A DNA stretch of 64,000 nt from Macrostomum lignano (GCA_002269645.1 NIVC01000255.1:684395-748394); one strand, 5' to 3'. Positions 11,301-25,381 are shown, counted from the stretch's first letter. Numbers and translations are program-made. Notes: generated by a model not told the origin, from the letters alone.

Positions 11301-14300
11301 TTGAACAGGTTGGCTTGAAATGTACTTTTAGAAATGAGCGATCCGTCATAGCACTGACTTAAAGTCCTTGAAGACATTCTGATAATCACATATCACATAT
11401 CGCGGTGTATCTTAAGAAAATTGCAGTATAATAGAGACACTAAAAGCGATTTATCTTAGAAATAAGTTTGAGACCACTGTGTGCATAGCAGAGTGTGTTA
11501 AACTGGGTAGCAACAGTCTATGGCCAGCCCTGCTGACCAACCCAAAAGCTGGGCAGCGATAGTCTATGGCCAGCCCTGCTGACCAACCCAAAAGCTGGGC
11601 AGCGATAGTCTATGGCCAGCCCTGCTGACCAACCCAAAAGCTGGGCAGCGATAGTCTATGGCCAGCCCTGCTGACCAGCCCAAAACTGGGCAGCGATAGT
11701 CTATGGCCAGCCCTGCTGACCAACCCAGACTGCAAGCTTAAAAATCCACAGATTATTTTTTCGACCTCCCTAGCAACACTGCTGCTGTCATCTTAGCAGT
11801 AATATATGGTTGGTCAGAGGGGGACTAAGACGATTTTATCATGGTTTGGTGACCATAAGATAAATTATAAATATTTAATAAAACATCTTGCACTTTCCAA
11901 CTATAGGCGGCAAAAAAGGCATTGACAGATAAAAAGAAGAAAAGTTTTATCCTTAAAGAGAAGCATGATTGCTTTCTATAACTTCTCTCGCAGAATTCGA
12001 TTCTGCAACTCAATTTTCTAGAGAGAATGAAATGTATAAACATGTACTTTTTGTCTATGCAGAACCTAATGATTGCTAATGTGCATAGGCTTAGGGAATT
12101 TCGTGTTCCTATTAGGGGAGCAGCTGGGATGCGAGACTGCCCGATCTGCTCTGTCGCTGTTCGAGTTTAGCGAGTGCTTCACCGCCGCCGCCACTTCACT
12201 TGAGAATCCAGCTGCCTAAAAGAGATGAAGGAGCGGCTTTTGAAGGGATTGAGTCGTGACTTACAAACAGTTCGAAAGTTCGATCTTCGAATCTTTAAAG
12301 TTTGGAAACTTGAAAACTGAATGAAACTTAAGGTTGATTTTTTTACCTTGGATTCATGAAGTCATAAAATCGATTGTTAGGATTCAAATTAGATGTGTCA
12401 GTAGCGCTTAAGTAGATGTGTCAGTAGTGCTTAAGTAGATGTGTCAGTAGTGCTTAAGTAGATGTGTCAGTAGTGCTTAAGTAGATGTGTCAGTAGTGCT
12501 TAATTAGATGTGTCAGTAGTGCTTAATTAGATGTGTCAGTAGTGCTTAAGTAGATGTGTCAGTAGTGCTTAAGTAGATGTGTCAGTAGTGCTTAAGTAGA
12601 TGTGTCAGTAGTGCTTAAGTAGATGTGTCAGTAGTGCTTAAGTAGATGTGTCAGTAGTGCTTAATTAGATGTGTCAGTAGTGCTTAATTAGATGTGTCAG
12701 TAGTGCTTAAGTAGATGTGTCAGTAGTGCTTAAGTAGATGTGTCAGTAGTGCTTAAGTAGATGTGTCAGTAGTGCTTAAGTAGATGTGTCAGTAGTGCTT
12801 AAGTAGATGTGTCAGTAGTGCTTAAGTAGATGTGTCAGTAGTGCTTAATTAGATGTGTCAGTAGTGCTTAATTAGATGTGTCAGTAGTGCTTAAGTAGAT
12901 GTGTCAGTAGTGCTTAATTAGATGTGTCAGTAGCGCTTAAGTAGATGTGTCAGTAGTGCTTAAGTAGATGTGTCAGTAGTGCTTAAGTAGATGTGTCAGT
13001 AGTGCTTAATTAGATGTGTCAGTAGTGCTTAATTAGATGTGTCAGTAGTGCTTAATTAGATGTGTCAGTAGTGCTTAATTAGATGTGTCAGCAGTGCTTA
13101 AGTAGATGTGTCAGTATGTGTCCGTCAAAACACAGAATTGAATTTTACTGTATGTCCTGACATATCCTAAGAATCAATTACTGATTATCACAAATTAAAC
13201 ATAGAGACCTGTCCACCTGTCAATCAAAACAGGAGTGGCACGACGAGCGGCTGCACTGGGACCCGAAGGACTACAACGGTTTGGAGGTGCTGCGAGTGCC
13301 ATGTCAGAAAATCTGGCTGCCTGACATTGTGCTGTACAACAGGTGACATAGTGATTCTACAGACACTGACACACTGATTCTACAGGCACTGACATACTGA
13401 TTCTACTGACACTGACACACTGATTCTACAGACACTGACACACTGATTCTACAGGCACTGACACACTGATTCTACAGACACTGACACACTGATTCTACAG
13501 ACACTGACACACTGATTCTACAGACACTGACACACTGATTCTACAGACACTGACACACTGATTCTACTGACACTGACACACTGATTCTACAGACACTGAC
13601 ACACTGATTCTACAGACACTGACACACTGATTCTACAGGCACTGACACACTGATTCTACAGACACTGACACACTGATTCTACAGACACTGACACACTGAT
13701 TCTACAGACACTGACACACTGATTCTACTGACACTGACACACTGATTCTACAGACACTGACACACTGATTCTACAGACACTGACACACTGATTCTACAGG
13801 CACTGACACACTGATTCTACAGACACTGACACACTGATTCTACAGACACTGACACACTGATTCTACAGGCACTGACACACTGATTCTACAGACACTGACA
13901 CACTGATTCTACAGACACTGACACACTGATTCTACAGACACTGACACACTGATTCTACAGACACTGACACACTGATTCTACAGACACTGACACACTGATT
14001 CTACTGACACTGACACACTGATTCTACAGACACTGACACACTGATTCTACAGACACTGACACACTGATTCTACAGGCACTGACACACTGATTCTACAGAC
14101 ACTGACACACTGATTCTACAGACACTGACACACTGATTCTACAGACACTGACACACTGATTCTACTGACACTGACACACTGATTCTACAGGCACTGACAC
14201 ACTGATTCTACAGACACTGACACACTGATTCTACAGTCACTGACACATCAAAGTCAACCGTGACCCCCCCCTACACCTGACGCAGTGCTGATGACTTCAC

Positions 14301-16252
14301 CACAGGCTACATGCAGAGCAAGGCGATGGTGGACGCGAACGGCACCGTGTTTTGGCCCCACCCGCCAAGCTGCGATCCACCTGCAAGATCGACATCACGT
14401 ATTTCCCGTTTGACGATCAGATTTGCACCATGAAGTTCGGCTCGTGGACCTACGATGGTTATCAAGTGAACATCACCAAGAAGTTGGTTAGATCTTCTGT
14501 TCAACCATCGAGAAATTTTTATTTAAATCACGTGACATCTTGACAACACTTTCAGGCGCGAGGAAGTGGACTTTCAAATTATGTTCAAAGCGGAGAGTGG
14601 AATCTGATTCGAATCGATGTGGAACGGCAGGAGGTGAGATCAGTGACCTGGATTTGGAACCTAAGGAAATTGATGTGGAACCTTAAGAAGTAGATATGGA
14701 ACCTTGGGAAGTAGATATGGAACTGATGGAAATAGACATGGAACTGATGGAAATAGACATGGAACTGATGGAAATAGATATGGAACTGATGGAAACAGAT
14801 ATGGAGCTGATGGAAATAAACATGGAACTGATGGAAATAGATATGGAACTGATGGAAATAGACATGGAACTGATGGAAATAGACATGGAACTGATGGAAA
14901 TAGACATGGAACTGATGGAAAAAGACATGGAACTGATGGAAATAGACATGGAACTGATGGAAATGGACTTGGAACTGATGGAAATAGACACGGAACTGAT
15001 GGAAATAGACATGGAACTGATGGAAATAGACACGGAACTGATGGAAATAGATATGGAACTGGAGTGAAATACTGCAATAAATCTATTCGAAACACCAGGG
15101 TACTTCGTTAGGAGTCTTACATGTTAGCAAGTATTGACGCGTATCTCGTAATTTTATTTAGTTTGACTAAACAAGGCCAACAAAAGGTATAAGTTTACAG
15201 AGCCTAGTAAACTTATTAACGCCGAGTACCCAGGGAATGGCAGTGGGCAGTCCAGCGGCCGCCCAAGTCTCTTTAATCAAATTTCTGCCTGGGAAGGCTG
15301 CTGCTGCAGCGGCCGAGCTCTCAATATTTGTGAAGTAGAATTTTGTCTGGACCGCTCCAGATGGTGTCGAGTGAGAGCAGAGCAGATCATGAACTTGATA
15401 GGAGCCTTGGAGCCTTGAGCAAAAGGTTCAATAAGTCTGCTTTGAGTTCTGTTACTGCATTGCAAAGTTGTTCAGCTCGGATGCTTGTTGATCTAGTCTA
15501 ATTTCCGGTCTGCTAAGGATCTATTCTCATCGATCGGGGGCTAATCTCAGCTGTATCAGACAAATCTAATCTCAGCGAAATCTAATCTGAGCTGTCTCAG
15601 GCAAAATCTAATCTCAGCTGTCTCAGACTAAATCTAATTTCAGCTGTATCAGGCTAAATCTAGTCTCAGCTAAATCTAATGTCAGCTGTCTCAGGCTAAA
15701 TCTAATCTCAGCTGTCTCACCTAAATCTAATTTAAGCTGTCTCACCTAAATCTAATCTCAGCTGTCTCAGGCTAAATCTAATCTCAGCTGTCTCAGGCTA
15801 AATCTAATCTCAGCTGTCTCAGGCTAAATCTAATCTCAGCTGTCTCAGGCTAAATCTAATCTCAGCTGTCTCAGGCTAAATCTAATCTCAGCTGTCTCAG
15901 GCTAAATCTAATCTCAGCTGTCTCAGGCTAAATCTAATATCAGCTAAATCTAATCTCAGCTAAATCTAATCTCAGCTGTCTCAGGCTAAATCTAATCTCA
16001 GCTGTCTCAGGCTAAAATCTATGAATCTCAGCTAAATCTAATCTCAGCTGTCTCAGGCTAAATCTAATCTCAGGTGTCTCAGTTAAATCTAACCCAAATG
16101 TCACCAGCCAATAAATAAAAAGCTCTACCTCTCCAAAACCATTCCAGACCGTCTACCCCATCAGCCGGTGCCCTACCCGGACATCAAGTTCCACATAGTG
16201 ATCCGCAGGCGCACCCTGTATACTGTTCAACATCATCTTCCCTGCCTGTGGC
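8310..16252 (+). CDS. Nicotinic acetylcholine receptor-like Cys-loop subunit, extracellular domain to start of M1 (isoform B; truncated by assembly gap)
   Basis: Exons 8310-8421 (signal peptide, phase 1), 10990/10993-11150 ([25 protein letters not shown]), 11264-11308 ([15 protein letters not shown]), 13233-13342 (EWHDERLHW...[10 protein letters not shown]), 14286-14482 (Cys-loop [24 protein letters not shown]), 14556-14633 (NYVQSGEW), 16148-16252 ([17 protein letters not shown]). Single-base deletions are needed at ~14357 and near the gap. Confidence 0.9.
8655..9870. repeat. 19-21-bp minisatellite (AAACTCTCACAAACTA[A/C]ACAG)n, nAChR intron 1
   Basis: Direct tandem periodicity; the unit shortens in the 3' half. 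Confidence 0.96.
10718..10942 (+). CDS. Alternative first coding exon (isoform A) of the nAChR-like gene: own signal peptide plus alpha1 helix and beta1 strand
   Basis: ATG at 10718, hydrophobic leader, then [42 protein letters not shown], ending at a phase-0 GTGAGT donor (10943). This is the homologous position to the end of exon 10990-11150. Confidence 0.8.
11514..11727. repeat. 46-bp tandem repeat, ~4.6 copies, nAChR intron
   Basis: AGTCTATGGCCAGCCCTGCTGACCAACCCAAAAGCTGGGCAGCGAT recurring with period 46. Confidence 0.92.
12389..13115. repeat. 23-bp minisatellite (TAGATGTGTCAGTAGTGCTTAAK)n
   Basis: Highly homogeneous tandem repeat. Confidence 0.97.
13350..14247. repeat. 23-bp minisatellite (ACTGACACACTGATTCTACAGAC)n filling a nAChR intron
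   Basis: Starts within ~10 nt of the donor at 13343. Confidence 0.97.
14690..15062. repeat. 21-bp minisatellite (ATGGAACTGATGGAAATAGAC)n
   Basis: Tandem periodicity; translates as spurious (MELMEID)n. Confidence 0.96.
15540..16092. repeat. ~26-bp minisatellite (CTAAATCTAATCTCAGCTGTCTCAGG)n
   Basis: Tandem periodicity. Confidence 0.95.
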
Positions 16253-17055
16253 NNNNNNNNNNNNNNNNNNNNNNNNNNNNNNNNNNNNNNNNNNNNNNNN
16301 NNNNNNNNNNNNNNNNNNNNNNNNNNNNNNNNNNNNNNNNNNNNNNNNNNNNNNNNNNNNNNNNNNNNNNNNNNNNNNNNNNNNNNNNNNNNNNNNNNNN
16401 NNNNNNNNNNNNNNNNNNNNNNNNNNNNNNNNNNNNNNNNNNNNNNNNNNNNNNNNNNNNNNNNNNNNNNNNNNNNNNNNNNNNNNNNNNNNNNNNNNNN
16501 NNNNNNNNNNNNNNNNNNNNNNNNNNNNNNNNNNNNNNNNNNNNNNNNNNNNNNNNNNNNNNNNNNNNNNNNNNNNNNNNNNNNNNNNNNNNNNNNNNNN
16601 NNNNNNNNNNNNNNNNNNNNNNNNNNNNNNNNNNNNNNNNNNNNNNNNNNNNNNNNNNNNNNNNNNNNNNNNNNNNNNNNNNNNNNNNNNNNNNNNNNNN
16701 NNNNNNNNNNNNNNNNNNNNNNNNNNNNNNNNNNNNNNNNNNNNNNNNNNNNNNNNNNNNNNNNNNNNNNNNNNNNNNNNNNNNNNNNNNNNNNNNNNNN
16801 NNNNNNNNNNNNNNNNNNNNNNNNNNNNNNNNNNNNNNNNNNNNNNNNNNNNNNNNNNNNNNNNNNNNNNNNNNNNNNNNNNNNNNNNNNNNNNNNNNNN
16901 NNNNNNNNNNNNNNNNNNNNNNNNNNNNNNNNNNNNNNNNNNNNNNNNNNNNNNNNNNNNNNNNNNNNNNNNNNNNNNNNNNNNNNNNNNNNNNNNNNNN
17001 NNNNNNNNNNNNNNNNNNNNNNNNNNNNNNNNNNNNNNNNNNNNNNNNNNNNNNN
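16253..17055. other. Assembly gap (803 N)
   Basis: Run of n characters between the nAChR exon and the tandem array. Confidence 1.
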
Positions 17056-17580
17056 AAGAGACGATCTGTTTTGGGTGAGTATTATCTGCTGTAGAAGTAT
17101 TGTACACCAGAGTACTTGTGTTACTTGGTAGAGCACAATTCAAAAGCAATGCAACAATCTCAGTGGCATTGTTGGGACAAAGCTACAAACGCAATGAATA
17201 GTAAACACAGCCCAGCCTAGCTCAAGGCTAGTAATTTGTTGGGCATTTATTGGGACATTGCAGCCAGGCCTATTTTTTGAACAGCATTTGTTGGGTCGCA
17301 CTTATTGGGACAATACTGATTCTAATCGCGACTACTTCTGAGTTCTGACTTTTCAAAACAGACCCAGCATTAGTTGAACACGTTCTATTAAAGGGTTCCT
17401 TTATAGCCTATTAATGATTACTAAAGCAAGCCTATCTTAATTGATTTTTTCCTCGCAGATTCTGAAGTCAGCCACGCCAGCGACATGCCTAAGAGACAAG
17501 AATGCGCTTTAACGATCAGCAGCGAGCATTCTGATCTCGCCGCTGCATCCGTCATTTTTCACTTGCTGCTGCAGCAGCAG

Positions 17581-17622
<42 letters not shown>

Positions 17623-18229
17623 GCTATCCGTGCAGGCAGTCAGTCTATTTGTGAATTTTCTGGTGGATCTGAAGAAAACCCGTCCGGCACAGGATTAAAG
17701 AGAAAGAGACGATCTGTTTTGGGTGAGTATTATCTGCTGTAGAAGTATTGTACACCAGAGTACTTGTGTTACTTGGTAGAGCACAATTCAAAAGCAATGC
17801 AACAATCTCAGTGGCATTGTTGGGACACAAGCTACAAACGCAATGAATAGTAAACACAGCCCAGCCTAGCTCAAGGCTAGTAATTTGTTGGGCATTTATT
17901 GGGACATTGCAGCCAGGCCTATTTTTGAACAGCATTTGTTGGGTCGCACTTATTGGGACAATACTGATTCTAATCGCGACTACTTCTGAGTTCTGACTTT
18001 TCAAAACAGACCCAGCATTAGTTGAACACGTTCTATTAAAGGGTTCCTTTATAGCCTATTAATGATTACTAAAGCAAGCCTATCTTAATTGATTTCTTTT
18101 CCTCGCAGATTCTGAAGTCAGCCACGCCAGCGACATGCCTAAGAGACAAGAATGCGCTTTAACGATCAGCAGCGAGCATTCTGATCTCGCCGCTGCATCC
18201 GTCATTTGGTTCACTTGCTGCTCACAAGC

Positions 18230-18265
<36 letters not shown>

Positions 18266-18872
18266 CTATCCGTGCAGGCAGTCAGTCTATTTGTGAATTT
18301 TCTGGTGGATCTGAAGAAAACCCGTCCGGCACAGGATTAAAGAGAAAGAGACGATCTGTTTTGGGTGAGTATTATCTGCTGTAGAAGTATTGTACACCAG
18401 AGTACTTGTGTTACTTGGTAGAGCACAATTCAAAAGCAATGCAACAATCTCAGTGGCATTGTTGGGACACAAGCTACAAACGCATGAATAGTAAACACAG
18501 CCCAGCCTAGCTCAAGGCTAGTAATTTGTTGGGCATTTATTGGGACATTGCAGCCAGGCCTATTTTTTGAACAGCATTTGTTGGGTCGCACTTATTGGGA
18601 CAATACTGATTCTAATCGCGACTACTTCTGAGTTCTGACTTTTCAAAACAGACCCAGCATTAGTTGAACACGTTCTATTAAAGGGTTCCTTTATAGCCTA
18701 TTAATGATTACTAAAGCAAGCCTATCTTAATTGATTTCTTTTCCTCGCAGATTCTGAAGTCAGCCACGCCAGCGACATGCCTAAGAGACAAGAATGCGCT
18801 TTAACGATCAGCAGCGAGCATTCTGATCTCGCCGCTGCATCCGTCATTTGGTTCACTTGCTGCTCACAAGCC

Positions 18873-18920
<48 letters not shown>

Positions 18921-19529
18921 GCTATCCGTGCAGGCAGTCAGTCTATTTGTGAATTTTCTGGTGGATCTGAAGAAAACCCGTCCGGCACAGGATTAAAGAG
19001 AAAGAGACGATCTGTTTTGGGTGAGTATTATCTGCTGTAGAAGTATTGTACACCAGAGTACTTGTGTTACTTGGTAGAGCACAATTCAAAAGCAATGCAA
19101 CAATCTCAGTGGCATTGTTGGGACACAAGCTACAAACGCAATGAATAGTAAACACAGCCCAGCCTAGCTCAAGGCTAGTAATTTGTTGGGCATTTATTGG
19201 GACATTGCAGCCAGGCCTATTTTTTGAACAGCATTTGTTGGGTCGCACTTATTGGGACAATACTGATTCTAATCGCGACTACTTCTGAGTTCTGACTTTT
19301 CAAAACAGACCCAGCATTAGTTGAACACGTTCTATTAAAGGGTTCCTTTATAGCCTATTAATGATTACTAAAGCAAGCCTATCTTAATTGATTTCTTTTC
19401 CTCGCAGATTCTGAAGTCAGCCACGCCAGCGACATGCCTAAGAGACAAGAATGCGCTTTAACGATCAGCAGCGAGCATTCTGATCTCGCCGCTGCATCCG
19501 TCATTTGGTTCACTTGCTGCTCACAAGCC

Positions 19530-19571
<42 letters not shown>

Positions 19572-20179
19572 CTATCCGTGCAGGCAGTCAGTCTATTTGT
19601 GAATTTTCTGGTGGATCTGAAGAAAACCCGTCCGGCACAGGATTAAAGAGAAAGAGACGATCTGTTTTGGGTGAGTATTATCTGCTGTAGAAGTATTGTA
19701 CACCAGAGTACTTGTGTTACTTGGTAGAGCACAATTCAAAAGCAATGCAACAATCTCAGTGGCATTGTTGGGACACAAGCTACAAACGCAATGAATAGTA
19801 AACACAGCCCAGCCTAGCTCAAGGCTAGTAATTTGTTGGGCATTTATTGGGACATTGCAGCCAGGCCTATTTTTTGAACAGCATTTGTTGGGTCGCACTT
19901 ATTGGGACAATACTGATTCTAATCGCGACTACTTCTGAGTTCTGACTTTTCAAAACAGACCCAGCATTAGTTGAACACGTTCTATTAAAGGGTTCCTTTA
20001 TAGCCTATTAATGATTACTAAAGCAAGCCTATCTTAATTGATTTCTTTTCCTCGCAGATTCTGAAGTCAGCCACGCCAGCGACATGCCTAAGAGACAAGA
20101 ATGCGCTTTAACGATCAGCAGCGAGCATTCTGATCTCGCCGCTGCATCCGTCATTTGGTTCACTTGCTGCTCACAGCGC

Positions 20180-20218
<39 letters not shown>

Positions 20219-20827
20219 GCTATCCGTGCAGGCAGTCAGTCTATTTGTGAATTTTCTGGTGGATCTGAAGAAAACCCGTCCGGCACAGGATTAAAGAGAA
20301 AGAGACGATCTGTTTTGGGTGAGTATTATCTGCTGTAGAAGTATTGTACACCAGAGTACTTGTGTTACTTGGTAGAGCACAATTCAAAAGCAATGCAACA
20401 ATCTCAGTGGCATTGTTGGGACACAAGCTACAAACGCAATGAATAGTAAACACAGCCCAGCCTAGCTCAAGGCTAGTAATTTGTTGGGCATTTATTGGGA
20501 CATTGCAGCCAGGCCTATTTTTTGAACAGCATTTGTTGGGTCGCACTTATTGGGACAATACTGATTCTAATCGCGACTACTTCTGAGTTCTGACTTTTCA
20601 AAACAGACCCAGCATTAGTTGAACACGTTCTATTAAAGGGTTCCTTTATAGCCTATTAATGATTACTAAAGCAAGCCTATCTTAATTGATTTCTTTTCCT
20701 CGCAGATTCTGAAGTCAGCCACGCCAGCGACATGCCTAAGAGACAAGAATGCGCTTTAACGATCAGCAGCGAGCATTCTGATCTCGCCGCTGCATCCGTC
20801 ATTTGGTTCACTTGCTGCTCACAAGCC

Positions 20828-20866
<39 letters not shown>

Positions 20867-21466
20867 GCTATCCGTGCAGGCAGTCAGTCTATTTGTGAAT
20901 TTTCTGGTGGATCTGAAGAAAACCCGTCCGGCACAGGATTAAAGAGAAAGAGACGATCTGTTTTGGGTGAGTATTATCTGCTGTAGAAGTATTGTACACC
21001 AGAGTACTTGTGTTACTTGGTAGAGCACAATTCAAAAGCAATGCAACAATCTCAGTGGCATTGTTGGGACACAAGCTACAAACGCAATGAATAGTAAACA
21101 CAGCCCAGCCTAGCTCAAGGCTAGTAATTTGTTGGGCATTTATTGGGACATTGCAGCCAGGCCTATTTTTTGAACAGCATTTGTTGGGTCGCACTTATTG
21201 GGACAATACTGATTCTAATCGCGACTACTTCTGAGTTCTGACTTTTCAAAACAGACCCAGCATTAGTTGAACACGTTCTATTAAAGGGTTCCTTTATAGC
21301 CTATTAATGATTACTAAAGCAAGCCTATCTTAATTGATTTCTTTTCCTCGCAGATTCTGAAGTCAGCACGCCAGCGACATGCCTAAGAGACAAGAATGCG
21401 CTTTAACGATCAGCAGCGAGCATTCTGATCTCGCCGCTGCATCCGTCATTTGGTTCACTTGCTGCT

Positions 21467-21513
<47 letters not shown>

Positions 21514-22112
21514 GCTATCCGTGCAGGCAGTCAGTCTATTGTGAATTTTCTGGTGGATCTGAAGAAAACCCGTCCGGCACAGGATTAAAGAGAAAGAGAC
21601 GATCTGTTTTGGGTGAGTATTATCTGCTGTAGAAGTATTGTACACCAGAGTACTTGTGTTACTTGGTAGAGCACAATTCAAAAGCAATGCAACAATCTCA
21701 GTGGCATTGTTGGGACACAAGCTACAAACGCAATGAATAGTAAACACAGCCCAGCCTAGCTCAAGGCTAGTAATTTGTTGGGCATTTATTGGGACATTGC
21801 AGCCAGGCCTATTTTTTGAACAGCATTTGTTGGGTCGCACTTATTGGGACAATACTGATTCTAATCGCGACTACTTCTGAGTTCTGACTTTTCAAAACAG
21901 ACCCAGCATTAGTTGAACACGTTCTATTAAAGGGTTCCTTTATAGCCTATTAATGATTACTAAAGCAAGCCTATCTTAATTGATTTCTTTTCCTCGCAGA
22001 TTCTGAAGTCAGCCACGCCAGCGACATGCCTAAGAGACAAGAATGCGCTTTAACGATCAGCAGCGAGCATTCTGATCTCGCCGCTGCATCCGTCATTTGG
22101 TTCACTTGCTGC

Positions 22113-22155
<43 letters not shown>

Positions 22156-22756
22156 GCTATCCGTGCAGGCAGTCAGTCTATTTGTGAATTTTCTGGTGGA
22201 TCTGAAGAAAACCCGTCCGGCACAGGATTAAAGAGAAAGAGACGATCTGTTTTGGGTGAGTATTATCTGCTGTAGAAGTATTGTACACCAGAGTACTTGT
22301 GTTACTTGGTAGAGCACAATTCAAAAGCAATGCAACAATCTCAGTGGCATTGTTGGGACACAAGCTACAAACGCAATGAATAGTAAACACAGCCCAGCCT
22401 AGCTCAAGGCTAGTAATTTGTTGGGCATTTATTGGGACATTGCAGCCAGGCCTATTTTTTGAACAGCATTTGTTGGGTCGCACTTATTGGGACAATACTG
22501 ATTCTAATCGCGACTACTTCTGAGTTCTGACTTTTCAAAACAGACCCAGCATTAGTTGAACACGTTCTATTAAAGGGTTCCTTTATAGCCTATTAATGAT
22601 TACTAAAGCAAGCCTATCTTAATTGATTTCTTTTCCTCGCAGATTCTGAAGTCAGCCACGCCAGCGACATGCCTAAGAGACAAGAATGCGCTTTAACGAT
22701 CAGCAGCGAGCATTCTGATCTCGCCGCTGCATCCGTCATTTGGTTCACTTGCTGCT

Positions 22757-22801
<45 letters not shown>

Positions 22802-23410
22802 GCTATCCGTGCAGGCAGTCAGTCTATTTGTGAATTTTCTGGTGGATCTGAAGAAAACCCGTCCGGCACAGGATTAAAGAGAAAGAGACGATCTGTTTTG
22901 GGTGAGTATTATCTGCTGTAGAAGTATTGTACACCAGAGTACTTGTGTTACTTGGTAGAGCACAATTCAAAAGCAATGCAACAATCTCAGTGGCATTGTT
23001 GGGACACAAGCTACAAACGCAATGAATAGTAAACACAGCCCAGCCTAGCTCAAGGCTAGTAATTTGTTGGGCATTTATTGGGACATTGCAGCCAGGCCTA
23101 TTTTTTGAACAGCATTTGTTGGGTCGCACTTATTGGGACAATACTGATTCTAATCGCGACTACTTCTGAGTTCTGACTTTTCAAAACAGACCCAGCATTA
23201 GTTGAACACGTTCTATTAAAGGGTTCCTTTATAGCCTATTAATGATTACTAAAGCAAGCCTATCTTAATTGATTTCTTTTCCTCGCAGATTCTGAAGTCA
23301 GCCACGCCAGCGACATGCCTAAGAGACAAGAATGCGCTTTAACGATCAGCAGCGAGCATTCTGATCTCGCCGCTGCATCCGTCATTTGGTTCACTTGCTG
23401 CTCACAAGCC

Positions 23411-23452
<42 letters not shown>

Positions 23453-24053
23453 GCTATCCGTGCAGGCAGTCAGTCTATTTGTGAATTTTCTGGTGGATCT
23501 GAAGAAAACCCGTCCGGCACAGGATTAAAGAGAAAGAGACGATCTGTTTTGGGTGAGTATTATCTGCTGTAGAAGTATTGTACACCAGAGTACTTGTGTT
23601 ACTTGGTAGAGCACAATTCAAAAGCAATGCAACAATCTCAGTGGCATTGTTGGGACACAAGCTACAAACGCAATGAATAGTAAACACAGCCCAGCCTAGC
23701 TCAAGGCTAGTAATTTGTTGGGCATTTATTGGGACATTGCAGCCAGGCCTATTTTTTGAACAGCATTTGTTGGGTCGCACTTATTGGGACAATACTGATT
23801 CTAATCGCGACTACTTCTGAGTTCTGACTTTTCAAAACAGACCCAGCATTAGTTGAACACGTTCTATTAAAGGGTTCCTTTATAGCCTATTAATGATTAC
23901 TAAAGCAAGCCTATCTTAATTGATTTCTTTTCCTCGCAGATTCTGAAGTCAGCCACGCCAGCGACATGCCTAAGAGACAAGAATGCGCTTTAACGATCAG
24001 CAGCGAGCATTCTGATCTCGCCGCTGCATCCGTCATTTGGTTCACTTGCTGCT

Positions 24054-24097
<44 letters not shown>

Positions 24098-24698
24098 GCT
24101 ATCCGTGCAGGCAGTCAGTCTATTTGTGAATTTTCTGGTGGATCTGAAGAAAACCCGTCCGGCACAGGATTAAAGAGAAAGAGACGATCTGTTTTGGGTG
24201 AGTATTATCTGCTGTAGAAGTATTGTACACCAGAGTACTTGTGTTACTTGGTAGAGCACAATTCAAAAGCAATGCAACAATCTCAGTGGCATTGTTGGGA
24301 CACAAGCTACAAACGCAATGAATAGTAAACACAGCCCAGCCTAGCTCAAGGCTAGTAATTTGTTGGGCATTTATTGGGACATTGCAGCCAGGCCTATTTT
24401 TTGAACAGCATTTGTTGGGTCGCACTTATTGGGACAATACTGATTCTAATCGCGACTACTTCTGAGTTCTGACTTTTCAAAACAGACCCAGCATTAGTTG
24501 AACACGTTCTATTAAAGGGTTCCTTTATAGCCTATTAATGATTACTAAAGCAAGCCTATCTTAATTGATTTCTTTTCCTCGCAGATTCTGAAGTCAGCCA
24601 CGCCAGCGACATGCCTAAGAGACAAGAATGCGCTTTAACGATCAGCAGCGAGCATTCTGATCTCGCCGCTGCATCCGTCATTTGGTTCACTTGCTGCT

Positions 24699-24742
<44 letters not shown>

Positions 24743-25342
24743 GCTATCCGTGCAGGCAGTCAGTCTATTTGTGAATTTTCTGGTGGATCTGAAGAAAACC
24801 CGTCCGGCACAGGATTAAAGAGAAAGAGACGATCTGTTTTGGGTGAGTATTATCTGCTGTAGAAGTATTGTACACCAGAGTACTTGTGTTACTTGGTAGA
24901 GCACAATTCAAAAGCAATGCAACAATCTCAGTGGCATTGTTGGGACACAAGCTACAAACGCAATGAATAGTAAACACAGCCCAGCCTAGCTCAAGGCTAG
25001 TAATTTGTTGGGCATTTATTGGGACATTGCAGCCAGGCCTATTTTTTGAACAGCATTTGTTGGGTCGCACTTATTGGGACAATACTGATTCTAATCGCGA
25101 CTACTTCTGAGTTCTGACTTTTCAAAACAGACCCAGCATTAGTTGAACACGTTCTATTAAAGGGTTCCTTTATAGCCTATTAATGATTACTAAAGCAAGC
25201 CTATCTTAATTGATTTCTTTTCCTCGCAGATTCTGAAGTCAGCAACCGCCAGCGACATGCCTAAGAGACAAGAATGCGCTTTAACGATCAGCAGCGAGCA
25301 TTCTGATCTCGCCGCTGCATCCGTCATTTGGTTCACTTGCTC

Positions 25343-25381
<39 letters not shown>

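Noticed and set aside
14661-15111. (MELMEID)n and (GTDGNRH)n repeat proteins
   Set aside because: A 21-bp minisatellite inside a nAChR intron bounded by homology-supported exons.
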